Positions 27,875-37,479 of a stretch of DNA of 62,024 bases are shown piece by piece; within the stretch, counting starts at the first letter, position 1; every line of letters begins with the position of its first letter. The notes under the pieces are model-generated. The model saw nothing but the letters and a program-made list of their open reading frames with translations. It was not told where the DNA came from and ran no database searches. A program made the position numbers and the translations under genes. Origin of the DNA: Bacteroidales bacterium (GTDB lineage: Bacteria; Bacteroidota; Bacteroidia; Bacteroidales; DTGW01). The stretch lies in NCBI GenBank assembly GCA_026416115.1, contig JAOAFU010000206.1:1-62024 (forward strand), given 5' to 3'.

Positions 27875-28798
27875 TTAGTCATTCGTAAACACTACCTCAG
27901 CAGGCATGCCTATCTTGAGAAAACCATCATTCTTAACATCGATTTTAATAGCATAAACCAGATTTACCCGCTCCTCTTTAGTTTGAATAATTTTTGGAGT
28001 AAATTCAGCTTCAGATGCTATCCAGGTAATTACTCCATTATATGATCGCTCTTTTTCTTTTTTGTCATCTACATATACCTTGACTTTCTGACCTAACTTA
28101 ATTTCCGATAATTGTTTACCCGATACATATGCTTTTAGACGCAGTACCGATAAATCGGCAATTTTATATAGCGGCTTACCTGGGATAGCTAATTCACCTA
28201 CTTCAGCATATTTTTCTAACACGGTCCCTTCAATCGGGTTTTTTATGGCACACTTTTGTAGTTGATCTTGAACCTGGGCTACCTGATATAATAGCGAACG
28301 TATTTCCGATGAGATGGTGCTTTTTTGTCTCTCAGTTGCTCTAATCTGACGTCGTAGTATCCTTTTTTGATTCTTCAAATCATCGAGCTGTTTTGCAGGT
28401 GCTGCATCTTCTTCTACAAGCCCCTCAATACGCTTAATCTCCGAGTCTAATACATCCATTTGTTCTTCCTGTACCGATATTTGATCGGCTACCTGAAATA
28501 ATCTTGCTTCGGCGGCTTGTACTTGTGCTACAAGTTGCTGCTTTCGATAGTACAACGAAACCGAGTCTAAATATCCTGCAATCTCGTCCTTTTTTAATAA
28601 CTGACCCTCTTCGATCGGAAAATCAATTATTTTTCCCTGAATTTCTGAGCTAACCATTATTTCTATCGACTCAAAATTCCCGTATGCATCAGTTTCAGAT
28701 CTTTTGGGTTTACAACTCTGCAGGATCTCTCCCAAAATAAACATCACCATTAAAATTTTAATGGAATTTTTTACCGGTAAAGTTTTTAAGATTTTCAT
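27875..28798 (-). CDS. HlyD-family membrane fusion (periplasmic adaptor) protein
   Basis: It has a signal/lipoprotein start, a central coiled-coil hairpin (QVQAAEARL...RRQIRATERQ) and flanking barrel-sandwich and beta-barrel segments. It lies between the TolC and ABC genes. Confidence 0.85.
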   Translation of the reverse strand: MKILKTLPVKNSIKILMVMFILGEILQSCKPKRSETDAYGNFESIEIMVSSEIQGKIIDFPIEEGQLLKKDEIAGYLDSVSLYYRKQQLVAQVQAAEARLFQVADQISVQEEQMDVLDSEIKRIEGLVEEDAAPAKQLDDLKNQKRILRRQIRATERQKSTISSEIRSLLYQVAQVQDQLQKCAIKNPIEGTVLEKYAEVGELAIPGKPLYKIADLSVLRLKAYVSGKQLSEIKLGQKVKVYVDDKKEKERSYNGVITWIASEAEFTPKIIQTKEERVNLVYAIKIDVKNDGFLKIGMPAEVVFTND

Positions 28799-28820
28799 CC
28801 CTTAGGTATTTTTTCGGTTA

Positions 28821-30224
28821 TTATTTTTTTTGCAAAACTAATGTTTCAATACTGCCGTTCAACATGCTGTAATTCACTTTTTCTTGAATCCATAGAATAT
28901 AATCTGTTTCAAGCTGAATGCGAGCCTGATGTTCGGCATTAAGATCATTTATATAATCGACTGCAGAAATCAATCCTTTGTCGAGCCTGTTAGATGAACG
29001 TTGTGTAATTTTTTGCCGAAGTTCAACAATAGCTGAATCGGTTTGCAAAGCCTTGGTAAGCTGCTCAATTCTCGTTTTAGACATTCTGCAATTTAGATTT
29101 ATGGCTTGCTTAAAAGTGCTTAGCTGATTGCCTATTTGTTGTTTTTGTAACATTAGTTGCTGTCGCTCATTTCGACTACTATTCCAGTCGTAAATGGTCC
29201 AACGTAAACTTACCCCTAAAATATAATATGGTTCAAAGCTAGTAGAAAGCATATTAAGTGCTGGTTTACCATAACCAGCCTGAACAAAGGCAACAACCGT
29301 GGGACGCCTCTTTGCAATAGAAATTTGGCTTGCGTTTTCCACCTGTTTTTGTAACGACTCAAAGTTAAATTCTTCTAATTTTTTACCCGGTATACTATCG
29401 ATAAAACTTATTTGTGGAATTTTTAATTCAATACTGTCCGAAAATTGTAATGAGGTAATTTCGCTCAGATTACTATACAGTCCTTCGTTAAGAAATTTTT
29501 GTTCAGTAATTGCTTGATTTATCTTAAGAATTTCTATACGTATAGCATCAAGATCCGATTCCTGCAATATTCCGTTCCGAATGGCTGCCGAAATACTTTT
29601 TTCTTTTTCTTTGAGATTTTGTAATACTACCCTACTTAGTTCCAGCCTTTTTCTGTTCAGTAAAATCTGAAAATACAAATTATTTACCTGTTCGATTAAT
29701 TTTCTTAATTCTATGTCGTTTTTCATTTGTTCGATTTGAGAAGAAATAAAATTGTTTTGTAGTGCATATCGTTTCTGCCCTCCAAGATAGATTGGTTGCT
29801 GCGCCTCAACATATATTTTATATTGATCGCGTGGACTTTCTATACTTCTTCTAACAAACGACACAGGCTGTGTAGATGGATCGGGTATAAGTAAATTTAA
29901 ATTGATAGCATCGCTCTGATATGTTGCTTGTCCAACTATGCCAATTTGGGGTTTCCATTGATTTTCTATGTTTTTTGATCTAAGTTTCTCGGTTTCTTCA
30001 ACAAGCTTTTTATTTGTTGTCATTATATGGGTCTCCAACGTCTTTTCCCAACATTGGGTTAGATCAACAACAAACGATTGAGCAATTAATCCCGATATTT
30101 GAATAAAAGTAATCAAAGAGATTACAAAAATTCTTATGAACACATGATAGCCATTACCCAATTTATTCGATAAGGTTTCAAGAATGAAATTTTTCGTTAT
30201 AAAATTTAAAAAACGACTTTTCAT
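28821..30224 (-). CDS. TolC-family outer-membrane efflux protein
   Basis: The 467-aa protein has two repeated halves of long helical segments alternating with beta segments. It sits between TetR and HlyD. Confidence 0.8.
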   Translation of the reverse strand: MKSRFLNFITKNFILETLSNKLGNGYHVFIRIFVISLITFIQISGLIAQSFVVDLTQCWEKTLETHIMTTNKKLVEETEKLRSKNIENQWKPQIGIVGQATYQSDAINLNLLIPDPSTQPVSFVRRSIESPRDQYKIYVEAQQPIYLGGQKRYALQNNFISSQIEQMKNDIELRKLIEQVNNLYFQILLNRKRLELSRVVLQNLKEKEKSISAAIRNGILQESDLDAIRIEILKINQAITEQKFLNEGLYSNLSEITSLQFSDSIELKIPQISFIDSIPGKKLEEFNFESLQKQVENASQISIAKRRPTVVAFVQAGYGKPALNMLSTSFEPYYILGVSLRWTIYDWNSSRNERQQLMLQKQQIGNQLSTFKQAINLNCRMSKTRIEQLTKALQTDSAIVELRQKITQRSSNRLDKGLISAVDYINDLNAEHQARIQLETDYILWIQEKVNYSMLNGSIETLVLQKK

Positions 30225-30229
30225 AATTT

Positions 30230-30847
30230 TTATGGTTTTAATGCCCGTAAAATGAATGTTACAACTTCTTTTTCTCGTTTGTATATAAATTCTTCGTAGC
30301 TTATTTCAAAATTATTTAGTACAATTTTTTCAATCAAGAACCGACCAATGAAAGGGAAAACACAAAGTGAGATGATATTGGTAAGTAAGTGTTCGGGAGA
30401 TATAGGGTATATTTTTCCAGCTTCACTCTCCTTCCTAATCATTTGTGCGAGTTTGCTGACAAGGTTATTACCATTTTTATCGATTACTAAGCTAAAGATT
30501 TTGGCTAATCTATCGGGGCCAGTTAGCAGCTCCCTTAAAATGAATTGCAATATTTGAGGATTATTTTTTAAAAAATTGAGATAAAAGCGAACTATTTGTT
30601 CAATTTTTATTTCAAAAGGATTATTGTTTTCTAAGATATTATTAATACCAATTGGCAATTGTTGTATTATTTTGGGCACTACTGCTTCGAACAATTTATC
30701 TTTCGTTCGATAATAATAATGCAATAAGGCTTTGTTTATTCCTGCACGATTGGCAATACTCTGCATTCGTGCTCCTTCAAACCCTTTTTCGATAAATTCC
30801 TGATAAGCAGCTTCAAATATAATATCCTCGGTAGTTTGATTTTCCAT
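30230..30847 (-). CDS. TetR/AcrR-family transcriptional regulator
   Basis: The N-terminal HTH region is IFEAAYQEFIEKGFEGARMQSIANRAGINKALLHYYYRTKDKLFEAV. Confidence 0.9.
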   Translation of the reverse strand: MENQTTEDIIFEAAYQEFIEKGFEGARMQSIANRAGINKALLHYYYRTKDKLFEAVVPKIIQQLPIGINNILENNNPFEIKIEQIVRFYLNFLKNNPQILQFILRELLTGPDRLAKIFSLVIDKNGNNLVSKLAQMIRKESEAGKIYPISPEHLLTNIISLCVFPFIGRFLIEKIVLNNFEISYEEFIYKREKEVVTFILRALKP

Positions 30848-30867
30848 TTTTGAAATTTAACTTGATT

Positions 30868-30887
30868 GTTTAACTATTTGGTTAAAC
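30868..30887. promoter_or_regulatory. Candidate TetR operator (perfect 7-bp inverted repeat)
   Basis: The sequence is GTTTAAC-tatttg-GTTAAAC. It lies between the candidate -7 box and the tetR ATG at 30847. Confidence 0.4.
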
Positions 30888-30894
30888 CATTTGG

Positions 30895-30902
30895 CAAAAA
30901 TA
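30895..30902 (-). promoter_or_regulatory. Candidate -7 promoter box for the TetR-efflux operon
   Basis: The minus strand reads TATTTTTG (TAnnTTTG), 47 nt upstream of the tetR ATG. Confidence 0.4.
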
Positions 30903-30975
30903 ATCATTTTTTAAAACCATGCAATAATTTTTATATTTTCGTATCAATTTATTTAAAATTTTAATAACACCACCT

Positions 30976-31968
30976 ATGAAAACATCTAAAGTATATGGTT
31001 TTTTATTTATTGCATTGGCAATAAACTGGTTGTTCTTATCTGGATTTAGCCAGCAAACACCAAGTGTAGTTGAAAAAAATGGATTTTTAAGGGTTAAAGG
31101 GAATAAACTTGTAAATCAGCATGGCGAGGTTGTTCAACTTCGGGGTATGTCTCTTTGCTGGACCCAATGGTTTCCCAAGCATTATAATTATGAGACTGTA
31201 AAATGGTTACGCGACGATTGGAAATGTGAGGTAGTACGTGCCGCGATGGCAGTGGAGTGGGATGGTTATCTTGCACATCCCGACTTAGAACAGCAAAAAG
31301 TTGAAACAGTAGTGCATGCTGCTATAGATCTGGGAATTTATGTCATTATCGATTGGCACGATCATCACGCAAATCGGAATATTGAAGCTGCTAAAAAGTT
31401 TTTTGGCGAAATGGCCAGAAAATTTAATTTGTTCCCCAATATTATTTATGAAACATTTAATGAGCCTGAAAAAATTGGTTGGAGCGACTCTATCAAACCC
31501 TATCACGAAGCTATAATTGCCGAAATTCGTAAATACGACAAGAGAAATTTGATTATATGCGGAACCCCTACATGGTCACAGGATGTCGATATAGCTGCTA
31601 GCGATCCTATTAAGGCATATAATATTGCCTATACTTTACATTATTATGCTGCTACCCATAAACAATGGCTTAGAGATAAGTTGGTTAAGGCATTGAACAT
31701 GGGAATACCTGTTTTTGTAACCGAATATGGTTTGTGCGAGGCAAGTGGTGATGGTCCAATCGATTTTGAAGAATCGGTTAAGTGGTGGGATTTATTGGAC
31801 GAATATAAAATTAGCTACTGTAATTGGGCTATTTATGATAAAAAAGAGAGTGCAGCTGCACTTAAACCTGTTGCCAATGCCTTAGGTGGGTGGAAAATTG
31901 AAGACTTAACGCCTTCGGGTCGATTGGTTAGAGCTAAACTAAGAGGAGAAAAGCTTGAAAAACCTTAA
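30976..31968 (+). CDS. GH5 endoglucanase (cellulase family)
   Basis: It has a signal peptide. The motifs are VQLRGMSL, IIDWHDH, IYETFNEP (acid/base Glu), YTLHYYA and VFVTEYG (nucleophile Glu). Confidence 0.9.
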   Translation: MKTSKVYGFLFIALAINWLFLSGFSQQTPSVVEKNGFLRVKGNKLVNQHGEVVQLRGMSLCWTQWFPKHYNYETVKWLRDDWKCEVVRAAMAVEWDGYLAHPDLEQQKVETVVHAAIDLGIYVIIDWHDHHANRNIEAAKKFFGEMARKFNLFPNIIYETFNEPEKIGWSDSIKPYHEAIIAEIRKYDKRNLIICGTPTWSQDVDIAASDPIKAYNIAYTLHYYAATHKQWLRDKLVKALNMGIPVFVTEYGLCEASGDGPIDFEESVKWWDLLDEYKISYCNWAIYDKKESAAALKPVANALGGWKIEDLTPSGRLVRAKLRGEKLEKP

Positions 31969-31988
31969 GGTTATAAAATATAGATTTA

Positions 31989-32014
31989 AAGGGATACGTA
32001 CATACGTATCCCTT
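31989..32014. terminator. Palindromic hairpin between converging genes (possible bidirectional terminator)
   Basis: AAGGGATACGTA (31989-32000) pairs with TACGTATCCCTT (32003-32014). That gives about 11 bp with a tetraloop. The flanks are only weakly T-rich. Confidence 0.5.
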
Positions 32015-32035
32015 AATAATATTCTTATGATTTAA

Positions 32036-34069
32036 TCAATTATTTCTAAAAGCCTGAACTCCTTCTTTTAAAAAATTAAGATACTTCGCCTTATCATATT
32101 CTGTGCCTATTGGGCCTGCTAAAACCTTACCATCGGGGTGTACTATGGCGTATAGAGGCAATGCGTTAGTCTTAAAAAGCTCAATTTCAAGATTCAGATT
32201 ATATTCTCCTAATGTTTTGATATTTTTTCCATTTATGTTCACTGGTGAAGGAAGCAAAGTTCTTTCGTCGGTGTACAAAGCAACGACTACAAAATTATCT
32301 GCTATGTATTGCTTTACTTCTGGAATACTCCAAACTGTAGCTTCCATTTTTTTGCAGTTACTACACGAGTGCGCTTTAAAGTCGATTAGAATAGGTTTAT
32401 TAAGTTTTCTTGCGCATGCTCTTGCCTGTTCATAGTCGAAATACGAGGGGATTCCAGCAGGGTAGGTGAGTATATCAGCATATTTAGGTGTATCGCAGAG
32501 ATTTGTATTTGAAGTTTTAGGGTTGATTGTTGACTCGTATACGATTTGTTTATTGGCTGGTAAAAATGCTGCCAGTGGATTAAGTTGATTTTTGCCCAAA
32601 AGACCACTAAAAAGATAGATGGCAAAATAGAAAAAGGTTAACGAAAGCAATAAACGAAATACTCCTATACGATCTACAGGCGAGTCGTGCGAAAGACGAA
32701 TTTTACCCAATAGATAAACTCCAAGAAACAAGGCAAGTACTATCCAGAAAATTATCACAAAATCTCGCGAGATTATATCCAGATGATAGGTTTGATCGAT
32801 ATTGATCAAAAACTTAATACCAAAGGCCAACATGAGCGTGCCCAACACAACTTTAACCTCGTTAAGCCATCCGCCCGATTTGGGAAGTTTTGATAACGTG
32901 GTTGGGAAAATTGCAAAAAAAGTAAAAGGCAAAGCAAAGGCCAATCCAAATACTGTCATTCCAAGTATGGGTTTAAGTGCAAATTTTCCCATTGCTTCGA
33001 CTAAGAGTGCACCTACTATCGGTCCTGTACACGAGAACGATACCAAAACAGTAGTAAGTGCCATGAAAAATATTCCTAACCATCCACCTTTATCGGCCTT
33101 GCTATCGGCACTATTTACAAGGCTCGATGGTAATACTATTTCGAATAAGCCTAAGAATGAAAGCGAAAAAATAACAAACAGAGCAAAAAAGATTAGATTC
33201 GGAAGCCAATGATAGCTTAATTTTGCAGCAAAACCTGCTCCAACACTAGTAAGCGATACAATCAAGCCTACCAATCCATATAATAAGGTAATAAATAAAC
33301 CAAAAGTTACTCCGCGAATTCGATTTTTCATTTTTGATTCTGCCGGACGCATGAAAAAAGAAACGGTCATAGGAATCATGGGGAAAACACAAGGAGTAAG
33401 GATAGCAGCTAAGCCGGCTAAGAATGCAATAATTAGAAAATGGAGCAATGATTCATCCTCTGCAGCAATTTTTTGTCCATTTTCTTCTGGTTTATCAACT
33501 ATTTGGGTCCGATCAGTTTCTTTGCTAGCTACAGAGCTAATGGTATCTATAATATTGTTAGTATTTGATGCTGAGGCATTGGGTACCTTTTCATCACTTA
33601 AATTTTTTATTTTCACTTCTATTGTTTTCCTTACTGGAGGTAAGCATGTCTCATCGGTACATGCCATATATTCAACTTCGACCGGAATGATTAGTTCTCC
33701 CGTTTTTTTTAGCTCAATTTGCTGCGAAAAAATGGCTTTATTCGATAAAAGAGTAATTTCCATGTTGTCAAAGGCCGGGTCTTTTTTTCGAACTGGTTTC
33801 GTTACTTCTTTTAACTTCCCTATTAGCGTATAGTTGTTATCGGAAGGAAAATTGAAGTTTGTACGTATGGGTCCCCCTTCTTCAAAATAAGCTCCGTAAA
33901 TATGATAGCCTTTATCTATTGTGGCAATAAAAATTATTTCTCCTGAATTTGAATTTAGCGGTTTGTAGCTTGCGCTCCATTTAACCGGATCAACTACTTG
34001 GGCTCGAATTGGAATGTATACGACAAACGCCATCAGAAAAGCGCTAAGCTTAAATAAGAAACTTCTCAT
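32036..34069 (-). CDS. dsbD: Thiol:disulfide interchange protein DsbD-like (N-terminal domain, cytochrome-c-biogenesis-type TM core, C-terminal thioredoxin domain)
   Basis: The TM core has the CVFPMIPMT motif. The C-terminal thioredoxin fold carries the CxxC motif in DFKAHSCSNCKKME. Confidence 0.8.
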   Translation of the reverse strand: MRSFLFKLSAFLMAFVVYIPIRAQVVDPVKWSASYKPLNSNSGEIIFIATIDKGYHIYGAYFEEGGPIRTNFNFPSDNNYTLIGKLKEVTKPVRKKDPAFDNMEITLLSNKAIFSQQIELKKTGELIIPVEVEYMACTDETCLPPVRKTIEVKIKNLSDEKVPNASASNTNNIIDTISSVASKETDRTQIVDKPEENGQKIAAEDESLLHFLIIAFLAGLAAILTPCVFPMIPMTVSFFMRPAESKMKNRIRGVTFGLFITLLYGLVGLIVSLTSVGAGFAAKLSYHWLPNLIFFALFVIFSLSFLGLFEIVLPSSLVNSADSKADKGGWLGIFFMALTTVLVSFSCTGPIVGALLVEAMGKFALKPILGMTVFGLAFALPFTFFAIFPTTLSKLPKSGGWLNEVKVVLGTLMLAFGIKFLINIDQTYHLDIISRDFVIIFWIVLALFLGVYLLGKIRLSHDSPVDRIGVFRLLLSLTFFYFAIYLFSGLLGKNQLNPLAAFLPANKQIVYESTINPKTSNTNLCDTPKYADILTYPAGIPSYFDYEQARACARKLNKPILIDFKAHSCSNCKKMEATVWSIPEVKQYIADNFVVVALYTDERTLLPSPVNINGKNIKTLGEYNLNLEIELFKTNALPLYAIVHPDGKVLAGPIGTEYDKAKYLNFLKEGVQAFRNN

Positions 34070-34171
34070 ACTTTTATAAGTTGTTGATTAATAATTATAT
34101 CTACAAATTTAGATATATTATTTCAAAAAAAATGTTTAAAAAAATTTAAAAATGAAAGGTAAGAAAAAAAA

Positions 34172-34900
34172 TTAAATGAGGTGCTTAATAAAGTTATCAA
34201 AAGCCATTTCGGCAGCATGTTGTTCGGCTTCTTTTTTAGAATAGCCTTCACCCTTACCTGCTAATTGTCCATCAATAAAAACTTCAGCTACAAAAACGGG
34301 ATGGGTAGGGTCAATTGTGGGTTGGATTTCACGGCAGTCGAAGCTAATAGAGTTATGTTGTTTCTGAGCCCATTCTATAATTCTGCTTTTGTAGTCGGTT
34401 TCAGTTTTTTCGAGCTCACGAAGGTCGATATATTTATTTAATATTTTTTCAACAACAAAAGAGCGGGTTTTGTTATAACCTCGGTCAAGATACATAGCTC
34501 CGATTAGTGCTTCGAGGGCATTTCCGCATACATATTTTCCTCCGTTGACGTGAAAAGAGGTGCTTACAATGAGTTGGTCGAGGCCAAGTTCGAAGGCTAA
34601 TACATTGAGCTGATTTCGTTTTACAATTTTGGAGCGCATCTTAGATAGGAAACCTTCATCCATTTTGGGGTAGTGGGCAAAAAGATACTCGGCTACAATA
34701 GCGTCGAGTACAGCATCTCCAAGAAACTCAAGTCGTTCGTTATTTATTATCGAACCACCTTTATCAGTTTGTGAGGCAGAACGATGGACAAATGCAGTCT
34801 CGTATAGTTTCCAATTTTGAGGTATATAACCTAGAATCTCAATTAATTTTAGATATTGTTTCCGCTTAGGAAAAAAGATGCGGAAAAGTAACGTTGTCAC
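34172..34900 (-). CDS. rnc: Ribonuclease III
   Basis: The RNase III signature ERLEFLGDAVLD is present, along with NALEALIGAMYLD and a C-terminal dsRBD (GKGEGYSKKEAEQHAA). The start is GTG. The acpP-fabF-rnc order is conserved. Confidence 0.9.
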   Translation of the reverse strand: MTTLLFRIFFPKRKQYLKLIEILGYIPQNWKLYETAFVHRSASQTDKGGSIINNERLEFLGDAVLDAIVAEYLFAHYPKMDEGFLSKMRSKIVKRNQLNVLAFELGLDQLIVSTSFHVNGGKYVCGNALEALIGAMYLDRGYNKTRSFVVEKILNKYIDLRELEKTETDYKSRIIEWAQKQHNSISFDCREIQPTIDPTHPVFVAEVFIDGQLAGKGEGYSKKEAEQHAAEMAFDNFIKHLI

Positions 34901-34906
34901 ACCAAC

Positions 34907-36154
34907 TTATAATTTTTTAAAGAGAATACAGGAATTGTGACCACCAAATCCAAAAGTATTACTCATTGCTACCTTTACTTCTCTTTTCTGGGCTTTTCCA
35001 ATAGTGAGGTTTAACTTTGGATCAATTTCAGGATCCACCTGAGTAACGTTGATGGTGGGGGGTACAATATCATGAACAATAGCTAATAACGAAGCTATTG
35101 CTTCCACCGCACCTGCCGCGCCTAATAGGTGGCCAGTCATGGATTTGGTTGAGCTAATATTGAGCTTATAGGCATGCTCGCCAAAAAACTTTTGAATTGC
35201 TTTAAGTTCGGCAACGTCGCCAAGAGGGGTCGATGTACCGTGAACATTAATATAGTCGACAGCTGTTGGAGGCAAATTGGCGTCTTCGAGAGTATTCTTC
35301 ATAACCAAAACAGCACCTTCACCTTCGGGATGTGGTGCAGTTATATGATATGCATCGGCTGACATGCCGCCACCACCCACTTCTGCATATATTTTAGCAC
35401 CACGTGCCTTGGCATGTTCGTACTCTTCAAATACCAACATACCAGCACCTTCGCCCATAACAAAACCGTCTCTTGTGACATCAAAGGGACGAGAAGCTGT
35501 TTTATAATTTTCATTATTGGTTGAGAGTGCTTGAGCCGAATTAAAACCACCCATAGAGAGTTCGTTGATTGCAGCTTCAGCTCCCCCCACCACAATAGCC
35601 ACGGCCTTACCCAACCTAATGAGGTTGAAAGCGTCGACCAAGGCATGCGTGGATGATGCACACGCAGACACAGTTGCATAGTTGGGCCCTCTGAACCCGT
35701 ACTTCATAGCAACATGTCCTGCTGCAATATCACATATCATCTTCGGTACAAAAAAGGGACTAACTTTTGGTGTTCCATCGCCTAACACAAATGCTTTGGT
35801 TTCTTGAACAAAAGTATCGATACCCCCTATACCCGAAGCTATGATTACTCCCACTTTGTCTTTGTCGACTGAAGAAGAAGTGAGGCCACTGTCGGCAATG
35901 GCCTCATCTGCAGCAATTATTGCATACTGTGCATATGGATCAAGCTTCTTTACTTCCTTTCGGTCGAAATACTTACCCGGATCGTAGTTTTTAAGTTCAC
36001 AGGCAAACTGTGTTTTATGCTTACTGGGATCAAAGCGTGTGATTATATTAGCTCCGCTAACTCCGTTTATTAGTCCATTCCAGTATTCCTCAACAGTATT
36101 ACCTATTGGGGTTAAAGCTCCTAACCCCGTAACTACGACCCTTTTTAATTCCAT
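34907..36154 (-). CDS. fabF: Beta-ketoacyl-ACP synthase II
   Basis: The active-site Cys is in SACASS. The catalytic His residues are in NVHGTSTPLGD and KSMTGHLLGAAG. The C-terminus is SNTFGFGGHN. Confidence 0.95.
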   Translation of the reverse strand: MELKRVVVTGLGALTPIGNTVEEYWNGLINGVSGANIITRFDPSKHKTQFACELKNYDPGKYFDRKEVKKLDPYAQYAIIAADEAIADSGLTSSSVDKDKVGVIIASGIGGIDTFVQETKAFVLGDGTPKVSPFFVPKMICDIAAGHVAMKYGFRGPNYATVSACASSTHALVDAFNLIRLGKAVAIVVGGAEAAINELSMGGFNSAQALSTNNENYKTASRPFDVTRDGFVMGEGAGMLVFEEYEHAKARGAKIYAEVGGGGMSADAYHITAPHPEGEGAVLVMKNTLEDANLPPTAVDYINVHGTSTPLGDVAELKAIQKFFGEHAYKLNISSTKSMTGHLLGAAGAVEAIASLLAIVHDIVPPTINVTQVDPEIDPKLNLTIGKAQKREVKVAMSNTFGFGGHNSCILFKKL

Positions 36155-36177
36155 AAGTTTTCGTTAATAATTTTTGA

Positions 36178-36417
36178 TTACTTGTTGACGTTGGCTTCGA
36201 TAAATTTGATTGCTTCTCCTACTGTGGAAATGTTTTCAGCTTGATCGTCAGGAATAGCAATGTTAAATTCTTTTTCAAATTCCATAATCAATTCTACGGT
36301 GTCCAGAGAGTCAGCACCCAAATCGTTGGTGAAGCTTGCTTCAGGTGTAACTTCGCTTTCGTCAACACCAAGCTTGTCAACAATGATTGATTTTACTCTT
36401 GCTGCAATGTCAGACAT
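36178..36417 (-). CDS. acpP: Acyl carrier protein
   Basis: The 79-aa protein has the phosphopantetheine attachment motif [17 protein letters not shown]. Confidence 0.95.
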   Translation of the reverse strand: MSDIAARVKSIIVDKLGVDESEVTPEASFTNDLGADSLDTVELIMEFEKEFNIAIPDDQAENISTVGEAIKFIEANVNK

Positions 36418-36700
36418 AGTTTTACGTTTTTAATTAATATTAATTACTGTTTGTAAAATTTCCGTGCAAAGAAAATTAATTCATCAGATATTTCAAACAA
36501 TTTTTTAAAAAATTTGTGTTTTGTTAATGTAAATTCTATTGTAATAATCTATAAATCAAATAGTTAAATGTTTTGTTGAACTTGCTTGGTTTTTTAAATC
36601 ATATTTTTATGTGCATATATTTCAAAACCTTGTATTTTTCTGTCTTAGGCTTTTGTTCTTTAAATTACTATTAATTAAAATTTCCTATTAAGTGGTTCAT

Positions 36701-37453
36701 TTAGAAATTTAAACGCTCCTTGAGTAATTTATATCCCGAATCACTAATTTTTAGTTTTGCTCCATTTTTTAAGATCGCAAGGTAGGTTTCTTTCGAAAAG
36801 TGTTCAATTTGTGAGATGTAATCTACATTGACAATATAGGAACGGTGTATTCTTACAAACTCACGATTGGGAAGATTTGTTTCAAAATATTTCATTGTTT
36901 TCTCCTTCAGGTACTTCCCATTTGTTGAGTGAATCATCACGTAATCGTCTTGTGCTTCAATAAAAATAATTTGGTCGAGTGGAATAACTTTTATGGCCGA
37001 GTTGGTTTTAACTACAATCCTATCGAGTGTATTGTTATTGGTCGATGCGTACTCAATTACTTTTTTTATGGCTAAACTTTCGTTTTGCCTGATGGCTAAT
37101 CGTTCGAACGCTTTTTGAATAGCCAGTGAAAAACGTTCTTCTGAGAAAGGCTTAAGTAAGTAGTCGACTGCACTTTTTTCGAATGCTTGAATTGCATATT
37201 GGTCGTATGCGGTAGTAAATATAATTACTGGCGAATGTTCTATTAATTCAAGTGTCTCAAAACCTGTAAGCTTTGGTAATTGAATATCGAGAAAAACTAG
37301 ATCGGGTTTTTGTTCGTTTATAATTTTCACAGCATTAAATCCGTCTATCACTTCAGCAATGAGGTTTATATTAGGAAATTTTTTGAGGTACTCTTTTAAC
37401 ACTAATTTGGCAGGTTCCTCGTCTTCTACTATGATTGCTCTGATGCTCTCCAT
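36701..37453 (-). CDS. LytTR/AlgR-family response regulator
   Basis: The receiver has IIVEDEEPA, LVFLDIQLP and LLKP. The C-terminal LytTR domain has FVRIHRSYIVN. Confidence 0.9.
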   Translation of the reverse strand: MESIRAIIVEDEEPAKLVLKEYLKKFPNINLIAEVIDGFNAVKIINEQKPDLVFLDIQLPKLTGFETLELIEHSPVIIFTTAYDQYAIQAFEKSAVDYLLKPFSEERFSLAIQKAFERLAIRQNESLAIKKVIEYASTNNNTLDRIVVKTNSAIKVIPLDQIIFIEAQDDYVMIHSTNGKYLKEKTMKYFETNLPNREFVRIHRSYIVNVDYISQIEHFSKETYLAILKNGAKLKISDSGYKLLKERLNF

Positions 37454-37479
37454 ACCGAAATACTTTGTGTGGATATAAA

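Noticed and set aside
32802-33833. Two long antisense ORFs (136 aa and 160 aa) lie opposite the DsbD-like gene.
   Set aside because: They lie entirely within a confidently identified membrane-protein gene. They have no motifs and a low-complexity, biased composition typical of the reverse strand of hydrophobic coding sequence.
35341-35679. Alternative-frame ORFs lie inside confident housekeeping genes. Examples are 112 aa within fabF, 74 aa within the transglycosylase gene (8592-8816) and several within the his genes.
   Set aside because: They are embedded in genes with unambiguous family motifs in the primary frame. They carry no motifs of their own.
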